Virus record (IMG/VR): IMGVR_UViG_2919005990_000001
Span: 1-64,000 of that record
DNA: 64,000 nucleotides
Strand: one strand, 5' to 3'
From: a virus
Both the position numbers and the translations under genes were made by a program. Positions 1 through 7,605 of this stretch are shown here, one piece after another. How positions within the stretch are numbered: the first letter of the stretch is position 1; every line of letters begins with the position of its first letter. A model generated the notes under the pieces. It worked only from the letters and a program-made list of their open reading frames with translations. It was not told where the DNA came from and ran no database searches.

Positions 1-113
1 TGGCCCACAATCAGGCCCTGGATTGGATAGGCACCTGTACCACCACTGGCATCGTTTACGCCCTGGTATTGAATCCCGGACTCGTTAAATAAAATCTCTG
101 TTTCATGTGGCAT
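1..113 (-). CDS. N-terminal 37 codons of a fifth member of the sheath-N-like/fibre paralog family (gene body continues left of the window)
   Basis: Reverse complement reads MPHETEILFNESGIQYQGVNDASGGTGAYPIQGLIVG. This is near-identical to the N-termini of ORFs 2024-2569, 2671-3822 and 3932-4915. ATG at 111-113. Confidence 0.8.
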   Translation of the reverse strand, partial: MPHETEILFNESGIQYQGVNDASGGTGAYPIQGLIVG

Positions 114-139
114 GGCTTTACGCTCTCTGTTGAATAGAT

Positions 140-180
140 TTAGTTTACGGATTTCAACGGCGGGACCTGGGCCATATTCC
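140..180 (-). promoter_or_regulatory. 41-bp upstream element (family variant)
   Basis: Minus strand GGAATATG-N26-AAACTAA, 26 nt upstream of ATG 113. Confidence 0.6.
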
Positions 181-187
181 AGGTATG

Positions 188-216
188 AAAAAGCCCGCGT
201 ATTGCGGGCCTTTTTT
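188..216 (-). terminator. intrinsic terminator (GCCCGC-N5-GCGGGC, flanked by A and T runs)
   Basis: aaaaagcccgcgtattgcgggcctttttt, downstream of the gene ending at 231. Confidence 0.7.
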
Positions 217-230
217 GGAAAAACTTGGGT

Positions 231-1724
231 TTATGCTGTTGGTGCCGGTACACTACGAATCCAGACAAAGCCGGTGCCCATTTTCGTCAAATCGTATGCG
301 TTGGAATAACTAGACTCTAAATGAGGAACCTCAATATCAATCCGAATTTGTATCGGTTCCAAGAAATGCATGATTTTAGAAATAACTAGCTCTGCACTAT
401 TACCACCATTAAGGTACGAATAGTATCCGGTCGAATCAGGCCCTTTATTGACCTCAATTGCCTCTTTAAAAATGTATTTTAGGGCGGTATCTGGTTCATG
501 ACCAAATTTTTCACTCCATCCCCCTTTACCGATCAAATTACTTGAGTTTAGTCCATCAGCAGAAAATTCATGATGCCACCCGCTTTTCGGCGCACTGCCA
601 ATAATTCGTTCCTCTGTTAAAACTCGCGTAACGATTGCTTTAAATTCACGCATTGAGTTCCCCGGGTCCGTGTACTTCAAGCCGGAACATGCCATTCGAT
701 AGTAGCCTGGCTGAAGGGTGATGGTTTGCGATTTGGTATATAAGGTTCCATCGGTCACACTAAAAGGATAATAGCCTTCGCCGCCTTTATCAGACACATT
801 GCTATCGGAATGCGGGGCCCCCAACGTGTTCAATTGACTTTGAAGCTTTGCAAGAGCTAGTAATAGGGTGTCATTCTGAGTGATTGGCCCACTCGCACCG
901 CTTATATTCAAGCCGGAAAGTGTAGTCTTTGATAAATCGCCACCACCAACAACTTTAAGGGATGCAAGCCACTGTGCTTCAGTGCCTACAAAGCCATTTC
1001 TAACGGCTACTTGATAGGCTGATAATCCGTCACTTCCTTTTAAGCCTATTCCATCCTTCCCGTTTAATCCTGGCTGACCCTGAAGAGATAAAAGCCATTG
1101 CGCTTCAGTGCCTGTAAAGCCATTTTTAACCGCAATTTGATAGGCTGATAAACCTGCAGCATCATTCCCTTTAAGGGATGCAAGCCATTGGGCTTCAGTA
1201 CCGATAAAGCCATTATTACGCGCAATTTGATAGGCCGATGAACCTGGTGCACCTACGCCGTCAAGCCCTTTTATCGATTCAAGCCATTGGGCTTCAGTAC
1301 CGACAAAGCCATTATTACGCGCCACTTGATAGGCGGACAGGCCCGGACTTCCATTGGCACCTTTAAGCGATGCAAGCCACTGTACTTCAGTGCCGATAAA
1401 GCCAAAATTTACTGCTATTTGATACGCTGATAAACCATCCACGCCTCGTTCCCCTTCATTCATTAAACGCATCACCTGGACGCTTGGCACACCTTCATTC
1501 AGAACGTCTTGCACGACTCTGTAATAAGGATTATTAAAATCAAAACCCAAAATCCCGCGGATATTGTCCTGGGTGATAGTCATCGGCTTGTCATAACGCC
1601 CTCGCATGAAATAACCAAAGATCACCCCCTGCACGGGGTAGGATTCTGTTTCGTCATCTTCAGCATCAATGCCCTGGTATTGAATGCCAGGCTCATTCTG
1701 CAAAATCGAAGTAAGTTCTGTCAT
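231..1724 (-). CDS. tail-fibre-like protein; diverged member of the paralog family with five fibre-type repeats
   Basis: MTELTSILQNEPGIQYQG... aligns with MPHETEILFNEPGIQYQG of the neighbours. It has five copies of SAYQ-x-A-x2-(N)GF-x-GTE-x-QWL-x-SLKG (nt 954-1436). The ORF-track start at 1796 is a TTG inside the upstream 41-bp element, so ATG 1722-1724 is preferred (ATG 1755-1757 is an alternative). Confidence 0.7.
   Translation of the reverse strand: MTELTSILQNEPGIQYQGIDAEDDETESYPVQGVIFGYFMRGRYDKPMTITQDNIRGILGFDFNNPYYRVVQDVLNEGVPSVQVMRLMNEGERGVDGLSAYQIAVNFGFIGTEVQWLASLKGANGSPGLSAYQVARNNGFVGTEAQWLESIKGLDGVGAPGSSAYQIARNNGFIGTEAQWLASLKGNDAAGLSAYQIAVKNGFTGTEAQWLLSLQGQPGLNGKDGIGLKGSDGLSAYQVAVRNGFVGTEAQWLASLKVVGGGDLSKTTLSGLNISGASGPITQNDTLLLALAKLQSQLNTLGAPHSDSNVSDKGGEGYYPFSVTDGTLYTKSQTITLQPGYYRMACSGLKYTDPGNSMREFKAIVTRVLTEERIIGSAPKSGWHHEFSADGLNSSNLIGKGGWSEKFGHEPDTALKYIFKEAIEVNKGPDSTGYYSYLNGGNSAELVISKIMHFLEPIQIRIDIEVPHLESSYSNAYDLTKMGTGFVWIRSVPAPTA
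954..1436 (-). repeat. five tandem coding repeats of about 96-102 nt (fibre-type repeat)
   Basis: They encode (L/S)SAYQ(I/V)A..(N)GF.GTE.QWL.SLKG five times (aa 121-281 in ORF-track numbering). Confidence 0.8.
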
Positions 1725-1753
1725 GAAGACACTCGATAATTTTTTAATTACAG

Positions 1754-1794
1754 CCATTTTGACAAAATTAAAGGCGGACCCTTTTTGATATTCC
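1754..1794 (-). promoter_or_regulatory. 41-bp upstream element
   Basis: GGAATATC-N26-AAAATGG, 29 nt upstream of ATG 1724. Confidence 0.6.
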
Positions 1795-1981
1795 AATTAA
1801 AAAAACTGTCAATTTTTTTGGCCGGATCTATTTTTGATATTTATCTAAATTTCTAGTTTTTCTTATAAATTTGGCGCTTTTATTATTCTTATGCTTTTTA
1901 TATCAATAGTGTGCGATTGCGCATAACTTTCAAACGTAAACCGACCGGATGGTCGGTTCACATTGGTTAAGTCGCTTATTT

Positions 1982-2008
1982 AAAAACCCGCCTAAAAAAG
2001 CGGGTTTA
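1982..2008 (-). terminator. intrinsic terminator
   Basis: The minus strand reads AAACCCGCTTTTTTAGGCGGGTTTTT, after the gene ending at 2024. Confidence 0.6.
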
Positions 2009-2023
2009 TATCGGTTTTTATGA

Positions 2024-2569
2024 TTACCAATTGGCGTCTGGTAAAAGCATAAATGGAATCGGTGCACATACTGTAATTGTAGTTCGATCTACATAACCAT
2101 TATTTTCATAATTTACATAGATCCAACCAGAACTGCGCCCGGAATAATAGTCAGCGATTCTTAGCTTATCTCCCTCAATTGTAAATTCACCTTGCTCTTC
2201 AAGCTGATCATACAAATGCTGATCTGGCGCGAAATCATCAGGCGTGATCGGCCGGATATAAAACCCATGCTGTCGCGTTTGTAATTGCTGACACATGCTG
2301 CCACCTCCAATACGCAATACCTGGACGTTGGGCACACCACTCCCTAATACGTCCTGGACGGCGGTATAACACGGGTTTTTTGGGTCATAACCTAGCATTG
2401 CCTTGATGTTGTCCCGGTGAATGGTCATAGGCTTATCCAGGCGGCCACGTTTAAACTGGCCTACAATCAGGCCCTGAATGGGATAGGCGCCAGTACCTCC
2501 ACTGGCATCATTTACACCCTGGTATTGAATCCCGGGCTCGTTAAATAAAATCTCTGTTTCATGCGGCAT
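2024..2569 (-). CDS. paralog-family protein: conserved 88-aa N-module plus a 90-aa unknown C-terminal domain
   Basis: 181-aa ORF with an ATG start. It has its own upstream element (2596-2636) and terminator (1982-2008). Confidence 0.75.
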   Translation of the reverse strand: MPHETEILFNEPGIQYQGVNDASGGTGAYPIQGLIVGQFKRGRLDKPMTIHRDNIKAMLGYDPKNPCYTAVQDVLGSGVPNVQVLRIGGGSMCQQLQTRQHGFYIRPITPDDFAPDQHLYDQLEEQGEFTIEGDKLRIADYYSGRSSGWIYVNYENNGYVDRTTITVCAPIPFMLLPDANW

Positions 2570-2595
2570 GGCTTTATGCTCTGTGTTGAATAGAT

Positions 2596-2636
2596 CTAGT
2601 TTACGGATCTAAACGGGGCCACTTGGGCCAGATTCC
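2596..2636 (-). promoter_or_regulatory. 41-bp upstream element (family variant)
   Basis: GGAATCTG-N26-AAACTAG, 26 nt upstream of ATG 2569. Confidence 0.6.
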
Positions 2637-2642
2637 AGGCAT

Positions 2643-2671
2643 AAAAAAGCCCGCATATTGCGGGCCTTTTT
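2643..2671 (-). terminator. intrinsic terminator
   Basis: aaaaaagcccgcatattgcgggccttttt. Confidence 0.7.
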
Positions 2672-3822
2672 CATAGATCTTCTGGATATTGTACTTTGTC
2701 TTCAGTCCATGCTATTTCACCACATGAATGCAGCACAAAATCACCACCAAAGGCTTTAGTCACCAAGCAATTGTCTACGCCTGGTTTAGCCCAAAGCTCC
2801 ATTGTCATCGGGCTACCATTACCAGACGGCGCCCCCTGGATTGGGTGATCATAACTGGTTAAAAAATTTGCTCTATTCCCGTTAGTATTATTTGTTGAAT
2901 ACCTATTAATAACGCCAGGGCTATAATAAAGATTATTCACCAATACAGTCTGTACCGATGCATCCCTACTTGTATTCTCTCTATGTGTATATCTTGGGCC
3001 GCCATTAATACTATATTCAAATACTAAATCATCCATTCCCATTTCTTGGCCCAGGAATGGAACAATAGTTGGGGTGCACGATATGACTTCGGGTTCCTCA
3101 ACGTATGGCGATAGACAGAAGTTAATTACATTATTCTGGTCTTTAGATATGGTCGGATTTTCGTTGCTTGCATGCTCTGAAAAATCAATGGTACTGGCCC
3201 ACGGGGCTAATGTGATGCGCAAATCACGGCTTGTTAGATTCTTAAATATAAACTTTGTGCCATACCCGTTTCCTTCTGCCGTGACCTCTAAAACACCTTG
3301 AAGCAATTGCTCTGCAACGTCCAGGATATAAGACTGACCACTACTGTTTTCATCATATTCAAAGATGCGATAGTTATAATTGTTTATGAGTAGGTTATAG
3401 GCTGAATTTAGGCTTCGCATGCCTGACGATTGAAAAATGACTTTATGTGTTGCTCCGGCACAACTAATAAATGCACCACCACCATTACCGCCGCCGCCAC
3501 CATTACCGCCACCGCCACCATTACCGCCGCCGCCTGGGTTCCAGTCTGGCCCACCATCACCTAAACGCAATACCTGGACGTTGGGCACACCCGTCCCCAA
3601 TACATCCTGAACGGCGGTATAACACGGGTTTTGCGGATCATAACCAAGCATTGCCTTGATATTGTCCCGGTGAATGGTCATAGGCTTGTCCAGGCGGCCA
3701 CGTTTAAACTGGCCTACAATTAAACCTTGCACCGGATAGGCACCAGTACTGCCACTGGCATCATTTACACCCTGGTATTGAATCCCGGACTCGTTAAATA
3801 AAATCTCTGTTTCGTGGGGCAT
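2671..3822 (-). CDS. paralog-family protein: conserved N-module, GGGGN linker and a 260-aa unknown C-terminal domain
   Basis: 383-aa ORF with a Gly/Asn linker at nt 3475-3561. It has its own upstream element (3854-3894) and terminator (2643-2671). Confidence 0.75.
   Translation of the reverse strand: MPHETEILFNESGIQYQGVNDASGSTGAYPVQGLIVGQFKRGRLDKPMTIHRDNIKAMLGYDPQNPCYTAVQDVLGTGVPNVQVLRLGDGGPDWNPGGGGNGGGGGNGGGGGNGGGAFISCAGATHKVIFQSSGMRSLNSAYNLLINNYNYRIFEYDENSSGQSYILDVAEQLLQGVLEVTAEGNGYGTKFIFKNLTSRDLRITLAPWASTIDFSEHASNENPTISKDQNNVINFCLSPYVEEPEVISCTPTIVPFLGQEMGMDDLVFEYSINGGPRYTHRENTSRDASVQTVLVNNLYYSPGVINRYSTNNTNGNRANFLTSYDHPIQGAPSGNGSPMTMELWAKPGVDNCLVTKAFGGDFVLHSCGEIAWTEDKVQYPEDL
3475..3561 (-). 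repeat. 15/18-nt tandem coding repeats (GGGGGN linker)
   Basis: ccaccattaccgccgccg-type units encoding GGGGNGGGGGNGGGGGNGGG. Confidence 0.75.
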
Positions 3823-3853
3823 AACAGCTGCTTCAATCGATAAAATAATATTG

Positions 3854-3894
3854 ATATTTTACGGATCTCGCCGGCGGGACCTGGGCCAGATTCC
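3854..3894 (-). promoter_or_regulatory. 41-bp upstream element (family variant)
   Basis: GGAATCTG-N26-AAAATAT, 31 nt upstream of ATG 3822. Confidence 0.6.
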
Positions 3895-3900
3895 AGGCAC

Positions 3901-3929
3901 AAAAAAGCCCGCTATTTGCGGGCCCTTTT
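3901..3929 (-). terminator. intrinsic terminator
   Basis: aaaaaagcccgctatttgcgggccctttt. Confidence 0.7.
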
Positions 3930-3931
3930 AC

Positions 3932-4915
3932 TTAGCCATTATATTGACTTAACGGTCTGTAGCTTTCTTTGCTTGCTAAATTCCAAAGTGGCACTTCATA
4001 CTCATTAATAAGGTGATCTGGCACATAAATATACTCAGGATCTGTGCCGCCTGATGATCCGTTACCGTAGGCGTAGCCTTCTGCAGTGAACGGCGTATTT
4101 GATCTAAAAACGATAGTATGTAATTGATATAGATTCACCAGGGCCCAAGCTTTAATGAGTTTTAAATTTGCACCAAAATCTAGGACTTCTAGGGCGTTAC
4201 AATCTCCCAGGGCATTAGCTTCTAATATTTCAAGTGAATCTGGTAAATCAATGCTTTTTAGCCTTGTACAGTTTTCAAAAGAATAATAACCCAGACTTGT
4301 GACAGAATTTCCCAACTTTACACTGATTAAAGCATTCCAGAATCTAAAGGCAAAGAAACCAATTTTAGTCACGTTATCACTAACCACAAGCTCTGTTGCG
4401 GAAAGTCGATATTGCTCATTACGACTTTCTGACTGCTCAACTGTCTGACCTGTGATTTCATAGATCCATTGCCCATTTACTTTATATTTAATGTCCCACT
4501 CTGGTTCCTGTGGTATTTCTGGCCCAACACCACCACCACCATCACCGCCACCATCACCGCCACCACCATCACCGCCACCACCATTACCGCCACCACCATT
4601 ACCGCCACCACCATTACCACCGCCGCCTGGGTTCCAGTCTGGCCCACCTTCACCTAAACGCAATACCTGGACGTTGGGCACACCCGTCCCCAACACGTCC
4701 TGAACGGCGGTATAGCACGGATTTTGCGGATCATAACCAAGCATGGCCTTGATATTGTCCCGGTGAATGGTCATAGGCTTGTCCAGGCGGCCGCGCTTGA
4801 ACTGGCCCACGATCAGGCCCTGGATGGGATAGGCGCCAGTACCTCCACTGGCATCGTTTACGCCCTGGTATTGAATCCCGGCCTCGTTAAATAAAATCTC
4901 TGTTTCATGCGGCAT
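3932..4915 (-). CDS. paralog-family protein: conserved N-module, long Gly linker and a BspA-type leucine-rich-repeat domain
   Basis: 327-aa ORF. Residues 172-275 read VSDNVTKIGFFAF..LISVKLGNSVTSLGYYSFENCTRLKSIDLPDSLEILEANALGDCNALEVLDF, which is the LRR_5/BspA pattern. Confidence 0.75.
   Translation of the reverse strand: MPHETEILFNEAGIQYQGVNDASGGTGAYPIQGLIVGQFKRGRLDKPMTIHRDNIKAMLGYDPQNPCYTAVQDVLGTGVPNVQVLRLGEGGPDWNPGGGGNGGGGNGGGGNGGGGDGGGGDGGGDGGGGVGPEIPQEPEWDIKYKVNGQWIYEITGQTVEQSESRNEQYRLSATELVVSDNVTKIGFFAFRFWNALISVKLGNSVTSLGYYSFENCTRLKSIDLPDSLEILEANALGDCNALEVLDFGANLKLIKAWALVNLYQLHTIVFRSNTPFTAEGYAYGNGSSGGTDPEYIYVPDHLINEYEVPLWNLASKESYRPLSQYNG
4523..4654 (-). repeat. 15-nt tandem coding repeats (GGGGN/GGGGD linker, longer allele)
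   Basis: accgccaccaccatt-type units encoding GGGGNGGGGNGGGGNGGGGDGGGGDGGGDGGGG. Confidence 0.75.
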
Positions 4916-4941
4916 GGCGTTTCGCTCTCTATTGAATAGAT

Positions 4942-4982
4942 CTAGTTTACGGATCTAAACGGCGCCACCTGGGTCAGATTCC
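4942..4982 (-). promoter_or_regulatory. 41-bp upstream element (family variant)
   Basis: GGAATCTG-N26-AAACTAG, 26 nt upstream of ATG 4915. Confidence 0.6.
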
Positions 4983-4988
4983 AGGCAT

Positions 4989-5016
4989 AAAAAAGCCCGC
5001 GTACTGCGGGCCCTTT
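4989..5016 (-). terminator. intrinsic terminator after the endolysin gene
   Basis: aaaaaagcccgcgtactgcgggcccttt. Confidence 0.7.
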
Positions 5017-5025
5017 GAATGGATC

Positions 5026-5886
5026 TTAAAAAATCGTATTCCATAATTTTTTATGCAGAATATTGCGTTCATCTAGCCCATTGGTGCCGCCGTTTACAAT
5101 GCGGCATACCTGTTCAAAATCCCCATAATTAGCATGACGGCTACATAAGTTTTTGCGCCAAAACCACATTGCGGACTTCATTGCATATTCTGGCTTGGTG
5201 ATCATGTCCGGGTCATTAAGCAGGGCATTGCCCAGGCCAATACCAATACTGCACAGCTGATAGTTTTCTTTGCCGGTAAGGTGGATCGTGCCACCGCCAC
5301 GGTACTTAAACCCATCGCCGTTGTTCTTGCCATTGCCCATACGGCCACCGTACACAATATCGCATAGGGCCACTTGGCCGGCATTGATTGCGGCTTGTGC
5401 TGCAGCAACACTGCTAAAGTATTTTTTAAAGGTTTTTTGCAGATTTGGAGCGCGATAATTCATATTTTCGCGTAATTTTTTAAAGCCTTGCGACTCATGA
5501 ATATTGTTTGCCAGGAACGCCAATAGATCCGCTTTGGTCTTGATATGAAAGGCTTCGGCATGCTGATTAATGTATTGAGCAAAGCCTGGGGCACAGCCTT
5601 TATAAGCCGCTTGTAGCAGGGCATCTGTGATTTTAGGTGCCGGCATTAAACTATTCAGGCCAGACATGGAGCCGCCGCCAAAATCGCCATCAATGGCGCC
5701 AAAATAAACGCGCTGATCAGCCAAGATTTGCTGAATCTCTTTAATGGTCTGTTTGTTCTTGCCTTTAGCCTTAGACAGCTCAATTGCGGCATTATAGCTG
5801 TTCCACCCGAAAATCCCGTCAATGGAACCGCTATAAAGCCCTGTGCTTTTTAATGCAGCTTGAATCGTTTTAAGTACTTCTTTCAT
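5026..5886 (-). CDS. endolysin: two PG_binding_1-like repeats plus a glycoside hydrolase family 19 domain
   Basis: LYSGSIDGIFGWNSYNA and VYFGAIDGDFGGGS match peptidoglycan-binding repeats. NNIHESQGF and GDGFKYRGGGTIHLTGKENY match GH19 signatures. The start makes an ATGA overlap with the upstream membrane protein gene. Confidence 0.8.
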   Translation of the reverse strand: MKEVLKTIQAALKSTGLYSGSIDGIFGWNSYNAAIELSKAKGKNKQTIKEIQQILADQRVYFGAIDGDFGGGSMSGLNSLMPAPKITDALLQAAYKGCAPGFAQYINQHAEAFHIKTKADLLAFLANNIHESQGFKKLRENMNYRAPNLQKTFKKYFSSVAAAQAAINAGQVALCDIVYGGRMGNGKNNGDGFKYRGGGTIHLTGKENYQLCSIGIGLGNALLNDPDMITKPEYAMKSAMWFWRKNLCSRHANYGDFEQVCRIVNGGTNGLDERNILHKKLWNTIF

Positions 5887-6149
5887 GGATCACTTTTCCA
5901 ATTAAATGCCGTTAGGACATTTAAAAGGAATGGAAAAGCGTAATTTATGAAAATTCCTAAAAGTAAAAGGGCACAGCAAAACCAGGCGGTGCCTGGGAAA
6001 TCGGCCAGGTAAGCCAGACAGGTTAGAAACGTCATGATCGCGGCCCAATTGCGCTTACATGATGTGGTATCGATCACCTTATTAGATATAAACAGTGCGA
6101 CTAGGGCACCTAAAAGGACGATTAAAGCGATAAGCATGTGTAGAGTCAT
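5883..6149 (-). CDS. small membrane protein (about 3 TM), holin/antiholin candidate
   Basis: ATG 6147-6149 is preceded by a strong AGGAG SD. The product is hydrophobic and sits directly upstream of the endolysin, to which it is coupled. Confidence 0.6.
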   Translation of the reverse strand: MTLHMLIALIVLLGALVALFISNKVIDTTSCKRNWAAIMTFLTCLAYLADFPGTAWFCCALLLLGIFINYAFPFLLNVLTAFNWKSDP

Positions 6150-6150
6150 G

Positions 6151-6681
6151 TTATTTCTCCTGACCTCGACCAAAGCTTTTAATAATTCGCTTTAAATCTT
6201 TGTCGGTGATCATTAACTTCAGGCCCGTAGCTTTGATAGCAGCGGCATGAATCAAGTGAATAATTGCGGGGAATACAAAGGAAACACCGGCCACCCACCA
6301 AATGACGGCGGGCGTGATTGTGTTTTTAACTTCCAGGTAGTAGACAAAGGCCAATAGGCCACCACCTACTGAGATTAAGACTTTCACCCACTTGGGGTAG
6401 GGTTTAAGTCCGTATTGCGGCGTTGGGTAAAAATAGCCGACCGTGGAACCAATGATTAAAAAAATCAGGCTGCCAAGAATCACTACTGAATAGCTGTAAG
6501 TGGTCGCAAAATTACTTAAAGACTCGTTGCTTAATACGCTTGGGCCGATAGGTAACGCTTTGACTTTTATTGCAGCCTTTGCATATTCTGTGACAAAGGG
6601 GAACATGCACCACAAACATCGCCAAAACAGACTAAATATAAAACCGATTTTTTCATTCATTGCTTCGCACTCTGTTGGCAT
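6151..6681 (-). CDS. membrane protein (about 4 TM), holin candidate
   Basis: 176 aa with four hydrophobic segments. Its start overlaps the upstream stop as TGATG. The ORF-track start at 6684 is TTG. Confidence 0.55.
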   Translation of the reverse strand: MPTECEAMNEKIGFIFSLFWRCLWCMFPFVTEYAKAAIKVKALPIGPSVLSNESLSNFATTYSYSVVILGSLIFLIIGSTVGYFYPTPQYGLKPYPKWVKVLISVGGGLLAFVYYLEVKNTITPAVIWWVAGVSFVFPAIIHLIHAAAIKATGLKLMITDKDLKRIIKSFGRGQEK

Positions 6682-6956
6682 CAACGAAGATTGCGCAAGT
6701 TGCTATTAATGTTTGCAAGCAGCTGCACAATATTCTTGTCCATTTGATCACGGTTATCGTTATAGGCTTTTTTGATATTCCAGGCGCCTTGCTTGTAAAA
6801 GTCATCAACTAACCAACTGGGCATCGATAAAACCTGATCAAAAGGCACTTCAGCATCAATGCTGAATTGCATTGTCTTTTCGAGTTGCGATTGATAAGAG
6901 TTCTTTGCAATAGCCTGTGAATGCGATAGAAGGGCGAAATCGTACTGGCGCGTCAT
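6681..6956 (-). CDS. hypothetical protein (91 aa)
   Basis: ATG 6954-6956 has a strong SD (AGAGGTG, 4-5 nt spacing). It overlaps the 3' end of ORF 6856-7605 by 101 nt in another frame. A shorter alternative start is ATG 6870-6872. Confidence 0.5.
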   Translation of the reverse strand: MTRQYDFALLSHSQAIAKNSYQSQLEKTMQFSIDAEVPFDQVLSMPSWLVDDFYKQGAWNIKKAYNDNRDQMDKNIVQLLANINSNLRNLR

Positions 6957-7605
6957 CTGCACCTCTTTTTCCGATTTTTTCCAAAACAATGCCATTGTCA
7001 AAAGTGATATTAACCAAGTGGTCTTGCTGCAATTGAAGATCCAGGTACTGATCCATGAGCTCGTTAAATTCTACGGTGCTCAGGCTTAACAATGTATCGA
7101 TCCGGGTGGCAATCATGCGGGCGGTAAATTCAACCGAAGTTTGCATATCCAGGGCCGGTAATTGATCGCCGTATTCAATGGTGATTGCCATCGCGCCTAA
7201 GATCCAATCTTCAGTATGTTCACAGCCAGATTCCAGGGCTTCAGCCTCCAAGCCTGTTAGGTGCCGGATACTTACGCCACGCTCATTACGCTGACGTTCT
7301 TTAGAAAACTGATCCAGGTTTTCAGCCAGATATTCAGCCGGATTAATACTGACACTTAAATCATTCTGGTCACGGGTCACGTCCAGATAATGCAGAAAAA
7401 TGGCATAGCGTTCTTCACATGTTAAAGCCTGAACATTGACTGAATTGCCTGTAATGGTAGCCAAAACACGGCTTAACTGACTCTCAAGATGATTCTTGTC
7501 GATCTTGGCAACTTCCAACACATCAGCCATCAATACATTTTGCGGGGCATAACTTTGCCCCCCGATAGATACTAGGGAATGGGCCACTTTAGCCTCCATA
7601 TACAT
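6856..7605 (-). CDS. hypothetical protein (about 250 aa)
   Basis: Long ORF. The ORF-track start at 7662 overlaps the upstream gene by 74 nt, so ATG 7603-7605 or 7597-7599 (MYMEAKV) is preferred. Confidence 0.6.
   Translation of the reverse strand: MYMEAKVAHSLVSIGGQSYAPQNVLMADVLEVAKIDKNHLESQLSRVLATITGNSVNVQALTCEERYAIFLHYLDVTRDQNDLSVSINPAEYLAENLDQFSKERQRNERGVSIRHLTGLEAEALESGCEHTEDWILGAMAITIEYGDQLPALDMQTSVEFTARMIATRIDTLLSLSTVEFNELMDQYLDLQLQQDHLVNITFDNGIVLEKIGKRGADDAPVRFRPSIAFTGYCKELLSIATRKDNAIQH

Larger units (their letters stand above)
1..216 (-). repeat. homology block copy (truncated by the window edge)
   Basis: See 2312-2671. Confidence 0.7.
2312..2671 (-). repeat. about 360-bp homology block (N-module codons, leader, 41-bp element and terminator) shared by the cassette genes
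   Basis: About 90% identical by eye to 3565-3929 and 4658-5016, and to the partial copy at 1-216. Confidence 0.75.
3565..3929 (-). repeat. homology block copy
   Basis: See 2312-2671. Similarity with the 4658 copy extends further into the Gly-linker codons. Confidence 0.75.
4658..5016 (-). repeat. homology block copy
   Basis: See 2312-2671. Confidence 0.75.

Noticed and set aside
1797-2023. The larger non-coding gaps (1797-2023, 38114-38191, 52258-52361, 52926-53105) considered as tRNA or small RNA genes.
   Set aside because: I could find no cloverleaf-compatible arms or conserved tRNA boxes by eye. The gaps are explained by terminators, arrays and upstream elements. A tRNAscan or Infernal run would be needed to be certain.
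3471-4752. Plus-strand ORFs rich in His, Pro or Thr (3471-3659, 4469-4657, 4491-4703, 4510-4752).
   Set aside because: They are antisense read-through of the Gly-linker tandem repeats in the minus-strand cassette genes. They are low complexity, have no SD, and lie entirely inside well-supported genes.
1-5020. Diversity-generating retroelement as an explanation for the variable cassette genes.
   Set aside because: No reverse transcriptase is present, and there is no template/variable repeat pair with adenine-specific differences. Whole C-terminal domains differ, whereas the repeated part is the conserved N-terminus.
6856-7001. Programmed -1 frameshift (tail chaperone G/GT-like) linking ORF 6856-7605 to ORF 6681-7001.
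   Set aside because: The downstream frame is +1 (or -2) relative to the upstream one. No X_XXY_YYZ slippery heptamer is in register, and the downstream ORF has its own strong SD and ATG.
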